64,000 nt of DNA from Turneriella sp. (GTDB lineage: Bacteria; Spirochaetota; Leptospiria; Turneriellales; Turneriellaceae): assembly GCA_965279515.1 (NCBI GenBank), contig CBDIID010000003.1:1120001-1184000 (forward strand), read 5' to 3'. Shown in pieces: positions 8,752 through 18,721 of this stretch. Position numbers and translations under genes: made by a program. Below the pieces are notes generated by a model. It had not been told where the DNA came from. It was given only the letters and a program-made list of their open reading frames with translations, and searched no databases. The first letter of the stretch is position 1; each line of letters starts with the position of its first letter.

Positions 8752-10338
8752 ATGAAAGAAGTACGCACACGCTTTGCCCCATCCCCCACCGGGTATCTCC
8801 ACGTCGGCGGTGCGCGTACCGCACTGTTTAACTATCTTTATGCCCGTGCGCAGAAGGGCAAGTTCATTCTACGCATCGAAGACACCGACCAGGCGCGCTC
8901 GACCGAAGAAAGCTATAAACAGGTTCTGGATTCGCTGAAATGGCTCGGTTATGAGTGGGACGAAGGCCCTGAGGTCGGTGGCCCGCATGGTCCTTACAAA
9001 CAATCCGAACGGCTCGACACCTATAAAGAATACGGGCAAAAGCTGATCGCCGAAAAGAAGGCTTACCCCTGCTTCTGCACCGCGGATGAACTCGAGCGGA
9101 AAAAAAAGCAGCGCGAGGCGATGGGCCTCCCCTATGTCTATGACGGCAAATGCCGCAGCCTGACAGACGCCGAAGTGGCTGAAAAGAAGGCCGCGGGCCT
9201 GGGTTTCACAATGCGTTTTCGTACACCCGCCCGCGAGGTGGTTGTCGAAGATATGGTACAAGGAACCGTGCGTTTTGACACGGCGCTGATCGGCGATTTT
9301 ATCATCGTCAAATCCGATGGTTATGCGTCCTATAACTACGCCGTTGTCGTCGACGACCATATGATGGACATCACGCATGTCATCCGCGGCGTCGGCCACC
9401 TTTCGAATACGCCGCGCCAGATCATGATCTACCAGGCCTTCGGCTGGGAAGAGCCCAAGTGGGCGCATGTCAGTGAAATCGTCGGTTCTGACCATAAGAA
9501 ACTTTCGAAGCGCCATGGCGCGACGCCGATCACCGCATTCCGCGACCTGGGTTATACCGCGCGCGCTTTCAATAACTACATGGCCCTGCTGGGCTGGTCA
9601 TCTCCCGATGGCCGCGAATATATGCCCATCGAAGAACAAAAAACCCTCTTTGATGTGGCGCGTTGCTCAAAATCGCCGGCGATGTTCGACGTCTTTGATC
9701 TCGCCAAAGCCGCCGAGGTGGATTTAGCGCAGGCAACAATTTCAGAACTCGAAACATTTCTTTTTCCGAAATCGAAACTCAACTGGCTTTCGAACCAGCA
9801 TATCCGCGCCACGGGCGAAGATGAATTCATCCGCGAAATTCTGCCGTTTGTGCGCAGCGCAAAAGTAGTGCCCGATGCCGAGTGCAACGAAAAAAACGAA
9901 CGTTTGCGGGAAATCTTACTCTCGCTGCGCGTATACTTAGATACCTTGGGACAGATTAAGAACTACCTCGCTGACTTCTACCTGCCGTTTACCCCCAACC
10001 CTGCCGATTATGTCGCATCCGAATATTTTACCCCGGAAAATTTTTCGTCGCTGGCAGGGGGGTTCTTACGTCTAATAGAGCAGATGGACGGCGGTAACGG
10101 AGGCGACACATTAGTACCCGACAAAATCAAGGAAGCTATCAATCAGGTGGGCAAGGAAGCCGGCGTGAAAGGCAAGCCGCTATTTATGGGCTTGAGGCTG
10201 GCTTCGACAGGGCGACTCGAGGGTTTGGAATTACCGATTTATCTGGCATTATTGGGCAAGCGCCGCGTGACGGAAAGGCTTGCGAAAATGATTTCGCTGA
10301 AGGGCACGGTGGCAGGGATGGCGGGACGTCAACCGTGA
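8752..10338 (+). CDS. gltX: Glutamate--tRNA ligase
   Basis: RFAPSPTGYLHVGG, LRIEDTD, KLSKR. Confidence 0.97.
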   Translation: MKEVRTRFAPSPTGYLHVGGARTALFNYLYARAQKGKFILRIEDTDQARSTEESYKQVLDSLKWLGYEWDEGPEVGGPHGPYKQSERLDTYKEYGQKLIAEKKAYPCFCTADELERKKKQREAMGLPYVYDGKCRSLTDAEVAEKKAAGLGFTMRFRTPAREVVVEDMVQGTVRFDTALIGDFIIVKSDGYASYNYAVVVDDHMMDITHVIRGVGHLSNTPRQIMIYQAFGWEEPKWAHVSEIVGSDHKKLSKRHGATPITAFRDLGYTARAFNNYMALLGWSSPDGREYMPIEEQKTLFDVARCSKSPAMFDVFDLAKAAEVDLAQATISELETFLFPKSKLNWLSNQHIRATGEDEFIREILPFVRSAKVVPDAECNEKNERLREILLSLRVYLDTLGQIKNYLADFYLPFTPNPADYVASEYFTPENFSSLAGGFLRLIEQMDGGNGGDTLVPDKIKEAINQVGKEAGVKGKPLFMGLRLASTGRLEGLELPIYLALLGKRRVTERLAKMISLKGTVAGMAGRQP

Positions 10339-10961
10339 AGGTAAAAGTGACGCTTGCCCAGTTTGACACCAATTCTCCGGCGGGTAAGATGGAGATCCTG
10401 TTCTGCAACTGGCCGGGAAAACAACGCTTTGAAAAAGGTGTGTGCTTTATTCCTGCAGACCTCTCGGCAGTCGCGCATGTGCGCGGTTATATTGAATCGG
10501 TGGCGCACACATTTGGCCTCTCCGAGCAGAGCGTCTTCGAGCTGACACTGGTCGCCGACGAACTTGTGGCAAACGCAATTCTCGCGAGTTATGCGAAGAA
10601 CGGCGCTGAAAACATTGTACTCAAATGGACGATGCGCGATAATATCTTTACGCTGAGCGTACTCGATTATGGCGGCGGTTTCCGTATTTCCGAAGTTTTC
10701 GCGGAAATCCCCCGCGGTAATGATCTCGCGAGTTTCCTGCGAAGCCTCAAGGAATACCGCGAAGCGCGCAAAGCGGTCATTCCCTTAAACGGTGCGCTGA
10801 TCGAACACCTGCGTTTCGGCCGGGGACTCAGAATCATCTCTAACCTCGTGCGTAAACTCGATATCGAGTTCCACGACGCCGACGGCTCAACGATGACGGC
10901 TCCCAACGATACGACCGTGGGCTCGATTGTTACCGTCGAATACGTCGCCGAAGCCGCCTAA
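10335..10961 (+). CDS. RsbW-like anti-sigma factor / HATPase_c_2 kinase
   Basis: ELTLVADELVANAI (N box), DYGGGF (G1), GRGLRII (G2); GTGA overlap with gltX. Confidence 0.75.
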   Translation: MKVKVTLAQFDTNSPAGKMEILFCNWPGKQRFEKGVCFIPADLSAVAHVRGYIESVAHTFGLSEQSVFELTLVADELVANAILASYAKNGAENIVLKWTMRDNIFTLSVLDYGGGFRISEVFAEIPRGNDLASFLRSLKEYREARKAVIPLNGALIEHLRFGRGLRIISNLVRKLDIEFHDADGSTMTAPNDTTVGSIVTVEYVAEAA

Positions 10962-11020
10962 CCCAACGAATTCGGTTTCCGGGGCGTTTAACGAAACTGC
11001 CCTGACGGTGAATTATCCCC

Positions 11021-11683
11021 ATGGCGCTTCCCGATGCAGTTCAGACGAAGCTAAAGACTATCCTGGCTAAAAAATCGCAACGCGGGGGTGAATTCTGCCT
11101 GCCTTTCGATGCTGCCGCGCTCCCCTTCCGTATCCGCGAAACCTTTCCCGGCTATGAAAAATATGCCCTCGAGATCGGCTGCGGCTGGGGTGAGTTCACA
11201 CGCGCCTCGGCTGCGGCTGCACCCAAGACCCTGATTGTCGCTGTCGAAAAAAAACTCGCGCGGGTCCTGAGTTCCGGTAGAACGCAGAAGCGGGAAAATA
11301 TCCCCAACATCCGTTATGTGATTCTCGACGTTGCCTGGTTTTTCGACGGTGTTTTCGCGCCTGAAAGTTTCGACAGCATCACGATCAATTTTCCCGACCC
11401 GTGGCCCAAGGTGAGGCACCACAAGCACCGTTTTATTTCACCGGATTTTGCCGCAACGCTCTCTGCAATTGCACGGCGCGGTTGCCGGCTGATGTTTGCC
11501 ACTGATAATTATCTCTACACGCGGGAAGCCGCGGCAACTTTTGAGCAGAGCGCGGCGTGGATAAATACCGAGGGCGCATATCTCGCGCGCAGCTTTGTGG
11601 CAAACCGCCCCGTAAGTTTTTTTGAGGAGATTCACCGGCGCGAAGGTGCGCCTATTTATTTTCTCGAATACGCGAAGATGTAA
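11021..11683 (+). CDS. trmB: tRNA (guanine-N7)-methyltransferase
   Basis: LEIGCGWGEF, INFPDPWPKVRHHKHR, FATD. Confidence 0.9.
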   Translation: MALPDAVQTKLKTILAKKSQRGGEFCLPFDAAALPFRIRETFPGYEKYALEIGCGWGEFTRASAAAAPKTLIVAVEKKLARVLSSGRTQKRENIPNIRYVILDVAWFFDGVFAPESFDSITINFPDPWPKVRHHKHRFISPDFAATLSAIARRGCRLMFATDNYLYTREAAATFEQSAAWINTEGAYLARSFVANRPVSFFEEIHRREGAPIYFLEYAKM

Positions 11684-13337
11684 ATTTTTCCCAGGCATAG
11701 GGCCAGAGCGCCGCAAACATCAGCAGGTAGAAAACGACCATACCAAACCGGGAAAAAAGTGTCTTGCGTTTTGTGAGCGGTATTTCGGCGGCAAAGATCT
11801 CGGCCCGCTCCTGCCCCGTCGGTCGGCCGATGGCATCACCGCGGTAATCCACGGCATAACTCACGCCGCTCATCGCGCCGCGCAGCATCGGAATGCCGTT
11901 TTCGACAGCGCGCATGGCAGCCGCACCTGCATGCTGGTAACCTTCGACACCGTCGCCGAACCAGGCGTCGCTCGACAAATTCACAATGATATCGGCATCG
12001 CGCGTGCGTGCATCCGTGGGGAAAAGTGCTTCATAACATAAGAGGGGCTTGACCGTCAGAACACGGCTGCGCTCGGGCAGCGGGTAACGCCGCCGGATTT
12101 CTGCGGGGTCGGCGAGTATTGCAAGGTCGGCAGCCAGGCGCTCCCTCGCCGGCAGGCGTCCCGGCGCCTGGGCCAGACGGACAGTAAATTCGTTACCTTC
12201 AACGCCGGATGAAAACCTGCCCGCATCCGGAAAAATCTTCCGCAGCGCCGGAATAGCGGTTTCGAGCGGCAAATATTCACCCCAGGGCACAAGGCGCCGT
12301 TTCAAATACGGCGCTTCTGCCTGCGGCCTCACCGCCATCTCGGAATACAGTTTTCCATTCTGATAACGCATGCCCTGGAACAGCAATGCGGTACCAGTCG
12401 TACGCGACAGATATTCCAACACGCCGTCGAAACTGGCAGAATAAATCGGCGTGTTCGCCGCCGTTTTTTCAGCCGCATGAAAAGGCATCGAAGCTTCGGG
12501 CCAGAGAATAATTTCACTCTGCGGGTGCATGACCAAACCTTCGACGGATTGATTGAACAGGCGGTTGATGGCGTCGGTGGCAAAAGCCGCGTCGCTGCGC
12601 CTGGCTTCGGGCGCCGCGCCGATATTTGTTTGCACGACGAGCGCGTGCAGCCGCGCACCGCTATCCGCTACGGGCAAATAGCGCATCACAACGCCGGCAG
12701 AGAAAAGAATCAGCAGGATGGCCAGCTCCGGAAAAAGCTCTTTGGCACAGAGAGAGAATCGCTGCGCTTTCAGCAGAACCAGGCAACGAAACAGAATCCA
12801 TCCGCCGAAACAGGCGATGAAACTGATGCCGTAAACAGAACACAGCGCCGCCCATTGCCGCAGGTGGGGCTCGCCCGAGAGGGTATTTCCCCAGGCCCAG
12901 ACAAAGAGCTCCGGATTGAGCGCGTCGATGACTGCAAGCACGGCCGCGAGCGCCAGCCCTGCCCTGACGCCGCGCCATTCGCCGCGAAACATGACACGGC
13001 GCATGATAAAGAAAAACACCGGCTTGGTCTGAAAAAGCACGGCGTAAAAAAATGTCAGCAGTAATGTCAGGGCAATATTTTCGCCGGTGTAACGGTGGAT
13101 CGTGCCGATAATCCAGCCGAAAGTAATGGTTGCCAAAGCCAGGGCGAAGACGAGGCCCGAAAAAAGAATTTTCCGCAGAGGGACATCCGCCTGCTCATGC
13201 GCCGCCAGCAGGATAAAAAACACGCCGGCAAAGGCCAGCGGCCAGATGTCAAACGGCGACAGGCCCAGGAAAACGCTGAGCGCATGCAGTGCGGCGAATG
13301 CCGACTGCCGCACATAAAAATTGTGGATCAGCGCCAA
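11652..13337 (-). CDS. lnt: Apolipoprotein N-acyltransferase
   Basis: N-terminal TMs; nitrilase triad WPEAS / KRRLVPWGEYLP / LLCYE; RAVENG. Confidence 0.92.
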   Translation of the reverse strand: MALIHNFYVRQSAFAALHALSVFLGLSPFDIWPLAFAGVFFILLAAHEQADVPLRKILFSGLVFALALATITFGWIIGTIHRYTGENIALTLLLTFFYAVLFQTKPVFFFIMRRVMFRGEWRGVRAGLALAAVLAVIDALNPELFVWAWGNTLSGEPHLRQWAALCSVYGISFIACFGGWILFRCLVLLKAQRFSLCAKELFPELAILLILFSAGVVMRYLPVADSGARLHALVVQTNIGAAPEARRSDAAFATDAINRLFNQSVEGLVMHPQSEIILWPEASMPFHAAEKTAANTPIYSASFDGVLEYLSRTTGTALLFQGMRYQNGKLYSEMAVRPQAEAPYLKRRLVPWGEYLPLETAIPALRKIFPDAGRFSSGVEGNEFTVRLAQAPGRLPARERLAADLAILADPAEIRRRYPLPERSRVLTVKPLLCYEALFPTDARTRDADIIVNLSSDAWFGDGVEGYQHAGAAAMRAVENGIPMLRGAMSGVSYAVDYRGDAIGRPTGQERAEIFAAEIPLTKRKTLFSRFGMVVFYLLMFAALWPYAWEKFTSSRIRENK

Positions 13338-13343
13338 GCCGGT

Positions 13344-14366
13344 CTATTTGAGATGGTTCTGCCGCAGGTATTCTTCGTATTGCATGCGCCGTTCATAAGC
13401 CTCGGCCTCTTCTTTGCCGAGCATATTTACCCTCAGGTCCGCGAGTTTCTTTTTCTTGTCCGCTTCTGACAGCGAGGGATTTTCCGCAGCAAGCTTCTGC
13501 GCCGCGGTCTCGTAGCTGTCTACGCGGGCGCGCTCCTGCTGAATTTCCTTATCGACCTGGGCCATACGTTTCGCCGCTTCGGCGCCGAAAAATTTCTCGC
13601 GCATCGTCTGTGTCTCAACGGCGGCATTGCCTTTGCGGGCCATCTCGTCGCTGCGCAGCAAAACCTCGGTTTCATAGCGCGTATATGCGGGCTCCTGTTC
13701 GTTGAAGGCCGTATTATAGTCCCCTAAGGTTTTTTGGCGTATTTCATAATATTTCTTTACCCGCTCATCTGCCGGCAGCGCCGCCGAGGTTTTATAGAAT
13801 TCACTCAGCGCATCCTGCGATGCAGTACGCGCCTCTTCATAACCAAAGATGAGCTGCGCATCGGCGTCTGAGAAGAATTCACGGCGTTTTTTCTTCATGA
13901 ACTCAAGCCGTTCGGCCAGCGGCATCTTGTCAGAAACCTGCAGGCGGCGCATGGCATCTTCGTAGCGCATATAGTTGCGGAATAGCGCTATCATTTTCTC
14001 GTTATCAGGCTTGGGGTATTGCTCGCGGAGGAAATTCTCGATACGGATATTACATTCGTCAAAATTCATATTCTCTCCGCACCGCGTGCGCAGCTTCCAC
14101 AGCTCGGCGACGAGCGAAAGCCGGCCGGTACGCGCCATCTCCATGAGCTGGCTGAAAGAGTACATGCCCTCTTCAGTGAAGAGTTTCTTATTCTGGTCTA
14201 TGAACTCGCGGTATTCGCCCGATTGGGGGTTGGAAGCCTGCGCGGCGCGCTTCGCCTGATCCCTGAGTATTTTTGCTTTTTTGTCTTCTTCGCTGTCCGG
14301 CCAGAAGATCCAGAGCAAGACCAGTAACAGTACCGGGAGAATATATATAAGCTTGCGCTTGTCCAT
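13344..14366 (-). CDS. Lipase secretion chaperone (foldase, Lif-like) with N-terminal membrane anchor
   Basis: Single N-terminal TM, all-helical body, LFRNYMRYE, RREFFSDADAQLIFGYE, REKFFGAEAAKRM. Confidence 0.7.
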   Translation of the reverse strand: MDKRKLIYILPVLLLVLLWIFWPDSEEDKKAKILRDQAKRAAQASNPQSGEYREFIDQNKKLFTEEGMYSFSQLMEMARTGRLSLVAELWKLRTRCGENMNFDECNIRIENFLREQYPKPDNEKMIALFRNYMRYEDAMRRLQVSDKMPLAERLEFMKKKRREFFSDADAQLIFGYEEARTASQDALSEFYKTSAALPADERVKKYYEIRQKTLGDYNTAFNEQEPAYTRYETEVLLRSDEMARKGNAAVETQTMREKFFGAEAAKRMAQVDKEIQQERARVDSYETAAQKLAAENPSLSEADKKKKLADLRVNMLGKEEAEAYERRMQYEEYLRQNHLK

Positions 14367-14422
14367 GCGTGGAAGTGCGATTCCACACGGCCACGTCAAC
14401 CTATTAGGGTTCCCGTACGACG

Positions 14423-16354
14423 TCAGGAAGTCATCAAAGATTCGAGTTTTTTAACGGCGCGGTTATCCGGATCAAATGCCTGCGCCTTTTTGAGCAGCTC
14501 TTCGGCTTTTTCGCGCTTCTCGAGGCGACGGTAAATATCTGACAGATTGACAATGCCGTGGAAACTCATCGGCTCGCGCAGAATCAGCCGTTCGCCATAG
14601 TCTGCCGCACGCTTGAGCAGGCTCTTGTCCCCGCCGGCGCAGTATTTCAGCGCCCGCGATGTCAGGTAAATCATGCCGAGATCAGAAGGATCATAGATAC
14701 AATATTCTTCGCCGAGCGCCGCCGCACGGGCAAAATTCTTCAGCCGCGAATTGAGCAGCGCAAGCTCGTAGACTACCTTGGGGTCGTGCGGATCCTCTTC
14801 GTAGAGGCGGTCGAGCTCCTGGATTGCACCCTGGTAATCCTTATTCGCGGCATGTTTGCGGATAATCGAAAGGTCCGCGCGGCTGACGGGCTCATGCCCC
14901 GTGCCGTCGTACGAGATGCGCACGAGGGAAAGATCATCGGTGATGTCGCCCTTGAGCATCAGCTCTTCGCGGAAACGCTCCAGGTCACCCCCGACCTTTG
15001 CGATGATGCGCAGGAACATCGTCTCATCGCTGTTGATCATCGAATTGCCCATATCATCGCGACCCAGTGAAATATCGTCGCGACCGTCCGAACCCGCGAA
15101 GATCTGATCGCCCTTGAGCAGGCGGAACGTTTTGACGCGGAATAGTTCTTCGTTTTCAGGCATGCCCAGCTTGCGCAGCGTCAGTTCATCTTCGATGAAT
15201 GTGGCTTCGCCTTTACGCAGCAGCACAATCCACGGGTGCTCTGCGTTGATATAGTAGAGGTAACCGCTGTCTTCGTCGATCAGGCCGATGACGGCAGACA
15301 CCAGCATGCGCCCGTCGAACGAGGTCATGACGTGGTGGAGTTCGTCGTAACAGTCGCGTAGCCACTGCTCGGGAAACATAAAACGGCTCATCTCGTCGTT
15401 CTGCGTCCGGTGCAGGAATGACTTAAAGACTGTACCCAAAACCAGTGCGCCGCCGGCGCCCTGGATAGACTTACCCATCGCATCGCCGTTCATGAAGGCC
15501 ACATAGCGCTTGGTACGCAGTATGACTGTATTCGACGAGCTGATATCGCCGCCGATTTCAGATTGCCACTGCTTGAACTGGAACTTCTTTTTCTGTTCGG
15601 TCAGAAATTCGACGCGGATGCGCGACGGCTCGGCTTCGTTCATCGCCAGGGGATGCAAGAGCTGTGATGTCAGGAAATAATCCCCGTCCTGCTGGGTCTT
15701 GAGTTCGTTGATGCGTTTGATCTGCGCCTCGATCTCGATGTTCTTGAGTTCGATCTTTTTTGTTTTCATGAAAGAATCAAAACGCACACGATCGAGCATG
15801 AACGCAACAGCGATCGTAATAACATAAGATAAGAGCAGGTTATTCATCGAATACGCTGTTGCCGGTGTCGTCAGATTAGGTTTATAGACCAGGACTGCTG
15901 TCAGGAAAATCGCGGCAGAAATAATCTGCGCTCCAAGAAACTGGCGAAAAGCCAATGGCGCTGCAATCGGAAGCATGACCACGATCTGCAACCCCGAAAC
16001 GTAGTTCGGATCATCCGCGATGCGACCTGTAAACCAGGATGTGGCAAAGAGAACGTATCCGAGCTCGAGCTTGAGCGCAAACGCTCCCTGCCGGTACACG
16101 GCCGGAATAAACAACGCTAAAAATATTACCAGGGCAATGGCGCTTAGCCCGAGGCGAAAATACAAGAGTTCAGGAAATTCCGGATGCAGTTTTTTATCGG
16201 TATTGAATGCGAAATCCAGCCACGCGACGCCGCAAAGCACTGTCGCAATGCGCGTAAAACGCTGGAGTTGCCGGTCCATATCGGCGGTAAATTCCGCACG
16301 ATAGATCGCTCTGTCCGGATTCCTGCGAAAGAAATTCCGAAACCTATTCCACAT
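14423..16354 (-). CDS. Membrane SpoIIE/PP2C-family phosphatase with C-terminal TPRs
   Basis: QQDGDYFLTS, EIGGDI, NGDAMGKSIQGAGGA, INAEHP, GSDGRDD, DDLSL. Confidence 0.88.
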   Translation of the reverse strand: MWNRFRNFFRRNPDRAIYRAEFTADMDRQLQRFTRIATVLCGVAWLDFAFNTDKKLHPEFPELLYFRLGLSAIALVIFLALFIPAVYRQGAFALKLELGYVLFATSWFTGRIADDPNYVSGLQIVVMLPIAAPLAFRQFLGAQIISAAIFLTAVLVYKPNLTTPATAYSMNNLLLSYVITIAVAFMLDRVRFDSFMKTKKIELKNIEIEAQIKRINELKTQQDGDYFLTSQLLHPLAMNEAEPSRIRVEFLTEQKKKFQFKQWQSEIGGDISSSNTVILRTKRYVAFMNGDAMGKSIQGAGGALVLGTVFKSFLHRTQNDEMSRFMFPEQWLRDCYDELHHVMTSFDGRMLVSAVIGLIDEDSGYLYYINAEHPWIVLLRKGEATFIEDELTLRKLGMPENEELFRVKTFRLLKGDQIFAGSDGRDDISLGRDDMGNSMINSDETMFLRIIAKVGGDLERFREELMLKGDITDDLSLVRISYDGTGHEPVSRADLSIIRKHAANKDYQGAIQELDRLYEEDPHDPKVVYELALLNSRLKNFARAAALGEEYCIYDPSDLGMIYLTSRALKYCAGGDKSLLKRAADYGERLILREPMSFHGIVNLSDIYRRLEKREKAEELLKKAQAFDPDNRAVKKLESLMTS

Positions 16355-16416
16355 GGGGACTTATTACCTTTGCCTTTTGTTGAGTCAACGCTATCCCGAA
16401 AAAACTGACATCTTTG

Positions 16417-18591
16417 TCAGCGGGCAGACAGCGTCCCCTGCCCCGTACCGCCAATGATTTCGCGCGGCTTAGAGCCAATCTGCGGCCCGATCATTGCGCG
16501 CGCTTCAAAGGCCTCGATAAGGCGAGCCGCCTTGTTGTAGCCGATTCTGAGCCTGCGCTGCAGGTAGCTTGCCGACGCCTTCTGGCTTTCGACAATAATC
16601 TGCCACGCTTCATCAAAGAGCTCCTCGTCGCCGTCTTCGAGCTCACCCATTTTCCCTTTCGGGTCTTCGAGCGTGATATAGACCGGCTTCGCCAGCTTTT
16701 TTGCATAGGCGACGACATCTTCGACCTCATTGTCTTCGATGAGCGGCACCTGCGCGCGAATCAGCTGTCCTTTGGACGGATGGCGGAACAGCATGTCGCC
16801 CTGACCCAATAATTGTTCTGCGCCGTTACCGTCGAGAATCGTGCGCGAATCTGTTTTTTGCGCTACCTGTAAGGCAATCCGTGCCGGGCAGTTCGCCTTG
16901 ATGAGGGCGGTGATGACGTCGACCGATGGGCGCTGCGTTGCGAGAATCAGGTGAATACCGACCGCGCGGGCCTTTTGCGCGAGGCGAATAATCGACGATT
17001 CGACTTCTTTACCGGCGACCATCATCAGGTCACCGAGCTCGTCGATGAGAATCACAATGTAAGGCATCACAGGGTAGTCGGATGTCCCCTTTTGCGCCTT
17101 TACCTTTTCGTTGAACGAACGGATATCGCGTGCGCGCATATCGGCGAGATCTTCGTAGCGGCGCTCCATCTCTTCGACGGCCCAGTTGAGCGCGAGAATC
17201 GCCTTATTCGGCTCGGTGATCACGGGGTGCAGCAGGTGCGGAATATCGTTATACGCCGAGAGCTCCACCAGCTTCGGGTCGACGAGCAGAAAGCGCACCT
17301 CTTCGGGCGTCTTGTTCATGATGAGGCTAGAGATAAAGGAATTCACAGCGACCGATTTTCCCGAACCCGTCGCTCCCGCGATGAGCAGGTGCGGCATGCG
17401 TGTCAGATCTTCGATCAGCAGATTACCGGCAATGTCGCGGCCCAAAGGCAACGGCAGCTGGCCGCCGAACTCTTTATAACCGGCGTCGTTGAGTACGTCG
17501 CCCAGCAGAACCTTGATGCGCTGTTTATTCGGAATTTCAATTCCCACGGTCGAGCGGCCCGGTATCGGCGCCTCGATGCGCACACGCATCGCCTCGAGTG
17601 CCATCGCCAGCTCATCGGTGAGTGCGAGAATACGGTTCACCTTGATACCCGCAGCCATCTTGAGTTCGTAGCGCGTGATGATCGGCCCGCGCTGAATGCC
17701 TACCACGTGGCCTTCGATCGAAAACTGCTCGAGCGTCTCTTCGAGCTTTTCGATGACACTCTGTGCCTCGGCGGGATTCGTAAACTCAAGCGCGCGCTTC
17801 TGTGTCTTGAGTAACGGAAATAATAACTCGCGCTGCCTGTTGATCGTCAATACGGGCGTTACGGAAGCGCGGTCGCCGCCTGTTACCGCGGTGGCGTTTT
17901 CAGCGGGTTTTTCTGCAATTTTCTCTACGGTTTTCTTTGGAACAATTTGCGGCTGAGCTGCTTTAGCGGGCACAGGTTCTAATTCGATATCGTCGAAGGT
18001 ATCATTTGTTTCCACACGGGATACAAAATCCCCGGCTGTCCGGATATTTTCTTTTGCAAGCGCCTCAATCGTTTCTTCGGGCGCCGACCAGGCACCCGGT
18101 GCGGGGCGGCCATGATCGTCGAATAAATTGTCGATATCAAATTCATCGCCACCGCCGTAATCTGCCGTGGAATGGGTGAGTTCATAGAGCCCTGTCGCGG
18201 CCACGACGCGGGGGGCAGCCGGGGCAACATATTCCACCGGCGCAGGGGTAACTTCCTGTTCTGCCGGTATGTAAGCATTCTTTTCGACTCTCGGTCTTTC
18301 CGTCGCCATGCCGCGCGGCGCTGCAGGTGCTTCCATGTCGAGGGGGGTCAGCTGGAAGGCAAAATCGCTCTCTTCACTCTGGCCCGCGACATGTGTGGGG
18401 CGTATTTCAGCCTCGGCCTGGCGCAGCGTCCTGAGCTTTTCACCGAGGCGGCTCTGCCACGCATCGTCGCCATTGCCCGTAGTATTCACCGGCGGCATAT
18501 CGACACGGATCTTCTGTATCCACGGCGGACGCATTTTAGGCGCTTCGGCTGATGCGCCGCCCGCAGGAGATGACTTGAGCCATTTGAGCAT
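16417..18591 (-). CDS. ftsK: FtsK/SpoIIIE DNA translocase (alpha, motor and gamma domains; no N-terminal TM segments)
   Basis: PHLLIAGATGSGKS, ILIDELGDLMM, LATQRPSVDVIT, SASYLQRRLRIGYNKAARL. Confidence 0.92.
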   Translation of the reverse strand: MLKWLKSSPAGGASAEAPKMRPPWIQKIRVDMPPVNTTGNGDDAWQSRLGEKLRTLRQAEAEIRPTHVAGQSEESDFAFQLTPLDMEAPAAPRGMATERPRVEKNAYIPAEQEVTPAPVEYVAPAAPRVVAATGLYELTHSTADYGGGDEFDIDNLFDDHGRPAPGAWSAPEETIEALAKENIRTAGDFVSRVETNDTFDDIELEPVPAKAAQPQIVPKKTVEKIAEKPAENATAVTGGDRASVTPVLTINRQRELLFPLLKTQKRALEFTNPAEAQSVIEKLEETLEQFSIEGHVVGIQRGPIITRYELKMAAGIKVNRILALTDELAMALEAMRVRIEAPIPGRSTVGIEIPNKQRIKVLLGDVLNDAGYKEFGGQLPLPLGRDIAGNLLIEDLTRMPHLLIAGATGSGKSVAVNSFISSLIMNKTPEEVRFLLVDPKLVELSAYNDIPHLLHPVITEPNKAILALNWAVEEMERRYEDLADMRARDIRSFNEKVKAQKGTSDYPVMPYIVILIDELGDLMMVAGKEVESSIIRLAQKARAVGIHLILATQRPSVDVITALIKANCPARIALQVAQKTDSRTILDGNGAEQLLGQGDMLFRHPSKGQLIRAQVPLIEDNEVEDVVAYAKKLAKPVYITLEDPKGKMGELEDGDEELFDEAWQIIVESQKASASYLQRRLRIGYNKAARLIEAFEARAMIGPQIGSKPREIIGGTGQGTLSAR

Positions 18592-18721
18592 GTTTGGGCC
18601 GGGCCTGTATTGCTATTATCGACAACTGTGGAAATCTGCTAAACCGGTGTTTTTGGCCTAAATTCCGGTTTACGCGGCCGAAAGAAAACGGGATCTGAGG
18701 GTTCCGGGCATATTGTCTACG

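Noticed and set aside
8525..8824. 100-aa N-terminal extension of glpD in the ORF track
   Set aside because: It overlaps the divergent gltX start and the palindromic element; homology starts at MKRDLQ
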